DNA of 64,000 bases from Macrostomum hystrix (taxonomy: Eukaryota > Animalia > Platyhelminthes). The stretch lies in assembly GCA_950097015.1 (NCBI GenBank), contig CATNEN010000038.1:16926001-16990000 (forward strand), read 5' to 3'. The first letter of the stretch is position 1. Every line of letters begins with the position of its first letter. The notes beneath the pieces were generated by a model that had not been told where the DNA came from, searched no databases, and saw only the letters and a program-made list of their open reading frames with translations. Positions 59,973 to 64,000 of the stretch are shown one piece after another. A program made the position numbers and the translations under genes.

Positions 59973-61344
59973 AGAGCGGATTGAGTAGTTCTTATTAACA
60001 GAAGTGCAGACTGGCTTTCTGTTTCCGGCTCATGCTCTAATTATTAGGAGGCTGGCGGAACACAGATACTTACAGATTACATATTATAATGCTGTGTGTC
60101 CATATGCGAGCTGATTATGATTAGCCAGTCAGAAAGAGACCAGAGGGCTCAAGTCTATTGTGCATCGAGGCAGAGGGCTTATGGGTCTCTGTCCGCCCTG
60201 ATGCACTCCGCGGCTTCTAAAGCTTTCGACGTCCTGTGAGCACGAGGCGAGCTCGTGAGGGGAGAGACTATGCTCAAATCATCCGGCGCGTGTGCGCAGA
60301 GATGAATGAGAGGCTGGGGAATAGTTTCTCTTAGGGAAGATGAATTCTCTGATTGGTGGGATTACATGCGTGCAGATGAAGAGAGAGGGAACCGCCCGGG
60401 TTGGGGAAGAAAGGAGAGGATCTGACACTGGGGTGGGATTCAGAAACTACAAGCTTCTTTGGGATTTTCTACCCCACCCCACGAAAATGCCGGTGTCGAG
60501 CTCGCTCGGGAAACTTACTCGCATGGACTTGAGCAAGCAGGTTGTGAAGAGGCCGACTGAAAAAAATTAGGTACTTGAAGATCCACGACTGGCACAACCG
60601 CAAATGCGTCGGGCCGTTGAGGTGTTTGAAAACTTTCATTGTGCCAATCAATCAACCACCTTCCTCTCCTTCCCCGTGATTCTGAAATCAGAGCGCCAGA
60701 CAGAAGAGGCAGGTCGATGTTGAGAATATTTTAAGCAGATGGTTAGAAAGGATGACAAATCAATTACTCGCATTTTAAAGCTTTAGTCCAATGAGCCGAA
60801 GCATGAAATACTTCACTGCTCCTAGTATAACGCTCTGTGTGACGATCAGAAAGCAAATAAACTAATCTTTTAGCAAGAGTTTCAAAAAAAATAAAAGTTC
60901 CCAAATTTCTTTTGAAGCAGCTGTGCCGCACATACTTAGCATAATTATTCCGATACACGAGGTAAGTTATTAAGAAAATAATGGGAACGATAAGCTTCAA
61001 TGCCAGAACGAAAATGTGTCAATAACTGATTTAGGACCGTGATTAAACACTCAAACGTTTAGGTATTGTCTATTCACAAACGAATTTCATTATCGATTTT
61101 ATTAGCAATGAAGGAGTGGCCAAAGCAGCTGTTGTCCTCGCCTCTGATCCCACGGTCCGCAGCCGTCGTCGGTGAAGCCTTTGCCCTTTGAACAAAAGGA
61201 CTTTGGAGACTGTAAAAATATTACACAGGGTGGGGCCGCGTTTTCCTGACATCCCTAGAAGTATTGCAACCTGACAGAGGGCGAATCCTGAGTACAAATC
61301 CTCGAATGATTTTCTAATTGATTGCACCTACTCATATTGGGTCA

Positions 61345-61600
61345 GGTGTGCAGCCGACAGCACAGCCGCAGCTATATTGCGCGGTGCATCTGAAGGCTGC
61401 GTACGGCTGTTCAGTCCATGGACTGGGTGGGACGCCACACCCACCCTCAATTGTCCTAGCTAATGCTGGTACCTATTTAACAGCTGGGTGAACTGAAGTG
61501 CAGTACACTGTTAATAAAGTGTCTTGCTAAATGTCAATAACTTTTCCAGCGAAGTCTAGAATCGAACCCCGACCTTCTAGTTGTGAGTTCGACGAACTGC
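61345..61600 (-). mobile_element. SINE family A copy
   Basis: GGTGCATCTGAAGGCTGCGTACGGCTGTTCAGTCCATGGACTGG..GCTGGTACCTATTTAACAGCTGGGTGAACTGAAG..GAATCGAACCC. Confidence 0.8.
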
Positions 61601-62504
61601 TTGAAAAAAAATGAAAAAATGGTTTCATTGTCCGTTGATCTCTAATTAGCAGGAAAAGTACATCCGAGTTTTTCTTCGAAGGACACAATTAAGGCCATGA
61701 AATTTTTACTAACGAGCCGGGCTCTTAATCATGCGAAAAAATTTAACGACCTATTAGGAAAGTCGTCATGGCAACTCATGGACCCATTCTCCTCATTAAG
61801 TCCTTTTCGAAATAATGCATCGGTTTGCATGGGAGCAGATGAGAGAAGGCTTTGCGTGATTGCGTGAAAGAGTACCTGGGAAAAGGAAAGTAATTAGTTG
61901 GGGAGGGGGTTCCGGATGAGTTATGCTCGTCGCTAAACGCGACAGGCTGCAAGCACTGACCTTCCTTAGGTCGCTCAAGAAAATCTCGAGAGACACCCTT
62001 AGTTCTAAATAATTATTGCACTTCGAATCTCGAAATCGCCTTAAGGTCTTAATTGCTACACGCGTCAACAGATGGGGCCAATTTGTAGCCTCTTTAAAAA
62101 ATCGTAGATTTCCCCCCAAAAGACCCCGCGGGTGGCGATTTCAAATGCCATCAACCTACTTCACGATGTCTCCAAAACTGAATGACCAATTATCGTGAAA
62201 GTCCACCAAATGAGTTTAAATATTTCGCTCTTAACGATGAGCTAACTTTCAAAATCGTCCGACGTCAGCATCGGCAATATATTCAGCCATTCTTGTTGGC
62301 ACCCTTGCTTGCAGATGTATATTTTTAAGACTAATTATTGTCGTAACTTCGACTCAAAATTCGTTAATAAAAATGCACAACTTACTACTGCTATCAGTAA
62401 TAAAAACAAGCAGCAATTTTTTATCTCGTATTTTAATTTCAAAATAATCCAAGGAACCAGTACAAAACTACTCATATTTGTTAAAATAGATAACCCCTGC
62501 CTGC

Positions 62505-62695
62505 AACCGAGAGCACAGCCGCAGCGATTGTGTACTACTGTTCAGTCCATGGACTGGAAGGACGCCACACCCATTACAGCTGCTGAACTGAAGCAATACA
62601 GAGTTAATTGTCTTGCTTGCTGAACGCAAGATGTTCCAGTGTAGTCAAGAATCGAACCTTCGACCTTCAAGTCGTGAGACCGACGTTTAGGTATT
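62505..62695 (-). mobile_element. SINE family A copy with internal deletions
   Basis: CTGTTCAGTCCATGGACTGG..GAACTGAAGCAATACAGAGTTAATTGTCTTGCT..GAATCGAACCT. Confidence 0.72.
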
Positions 62696-62780
62696 AACGT
62701 CTCTTACCACTAGGCTTAAAACCCCTACCTGACGAATGCTGAGTGGTAAAAAGGAAGACCCAAATGCTCCCTGAAGTGTA

Positions 62781-63761
62781 GCTTTTGCCATTCAATCTCA
62801 GTGTTTTGCCATTCATACTCAGCCCCCATAGAATTAATCCAACCAGTTGGCGCGGTTTGGCCCATAGACTATCGCTCTGTGCCATTCAATCTCGGGTTTT
62901 GTCATTCAAACTCAGGCTTTATAAGCCCGGTCTCTCAAACGCAGTCCTCCAAAAGACAGCTAAATTACAAATTTCTTCCATTGCATTTGCTTACATGGCC
63001 CAACTTACATGGGCCATATGCTTACATGGAGCGCCTGGGCCACGTTGCACTGGACACTCTGACGCCTCTGAAGGCCGCAAACTGGGAGATTGCCTGCAGC
63101 CGACTGTATCCACGGTGCATTATGCAAATTCCTTTTCTCTGAGTCATTTTTCTGATCCAAGACTTTAACAATTCGCTTAAATCCGTATGTTCCTCACTAT
63201 GATGCTAGAGGTGTTTGACTTGTAATGTGTATGAACTGCATTATGTTTAACAAGTTTAACAAGTCTGTTTTTTCGGTCCTGTGTTACATGAGCCGAGCTG
63301 AGGAATGATAACCTGTTCATTCCTTATCCACATTCCTTCTCCACATTAAAGCCTGAGTTTGAATGGTAGATTTACGCACTAGGAAGCCTAGCATAAGTGC
63401 ATTGATTTATGACCAAGTGTGTGTGCGCAAGACCAGCTCCTTCGGCCCATAGACAATACCCGTCTGGGATTTACTGCATAGTAGCTCAGAAGAGGGATGG
63501 CACGGAGATCAAGTGGGGCAAGATTTACCGCACAGTTGCGGAATTTACTGCACACTTCAATCTATTTCTTTGATGGCCTTTGGGCCATAAACTATACACG
63601 AGCTTGAGACGTTTACGCACACTTGGTTATATGTCAATGACAAAACCTGAGATTGAATGGCACAGAGCGATAGTTTATGGGCCAAACCGCACCAACTGGC
63701 TGGATTAACTCTATGGGGGCTGAGTATGAATGGAAAAACACTGAGATTGAATGGCAAAAGC
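62781..63761. mobile_element. Non-autonomous DNA transposon with about 127-bp TIRs, TA-flanked
   Basis: TA|GCTTTTGCCATTCAATCTCAG.. (62781 to about 62907) and its reverse complement (about 63637-63761)|TA; internal GCCATTCA repeats; no transposase ORF. Confidence 0.8.
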
Positions 63762-64000
63762 TATACAAACATTTATGTTAATCAAAACTAGAATAAATTC
63801 GGCAAAGATGATGTGCCACGGCCCATCCTATTGCTCGTTTATTTATAATATGAAAAAATACTTTGTCATGCAGAAGCAATACTATAGTAACTAAAAGGAG
63901 AAAAAGTCCTCAGAAAGTTTCTAAAATATCTGCAGTAAATAATCTTTCGCAAATGTCTAAAAATCGTTTACCCACATTAGACTGATGGTACAGCAAGAAT

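Overview
Eukaryotic (metazoan) genomic DNA, not prokaryotic. GC-rich exons with CAG/polyQ runs, AT-rich introns and very dense minisatellites suggest a free-living flatworm such as Macrostomum (inference only). By manual GT-AG, phase-consistent splicing I reconstruct eight protein-coding genes: a nicotinic acetylcholine receptor subunit (-, runs off the left edge), two inverted paralogues encoding small secreted WSC+PAN/apple-like proteins, MRG15/MORF4L1, an intronless DEG/ENaC channel, an uncharacterised polyQ/coiled-coil protein, a two-finger C2H2 protein with an unnamed N-terminal module, and IMPDH. Mobile DNA includes a decayed THAP/P element between the two WSC genes, two internally deleted Tc1/mariner elements with long TIRs, 8-bp-TSD MITEs, a 9-bp-TSD MULE-like composite carrying Helitron-like and hAT-like ends, two tRNA-derived SINE families and 16 minisatellite arrays. 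The best leads are (1) a candidate upstream IMPDH coding exon, missed by the ORF track, that adds 53 aa ending RRTSS in frame before the canonical Met; (2) the WSC-PAN gene pair lying in an old inverted duplication centred on the P element; (3) minisatellites sitting next to exons in many introns. No database search was possible, so family names rest on motif recognition.
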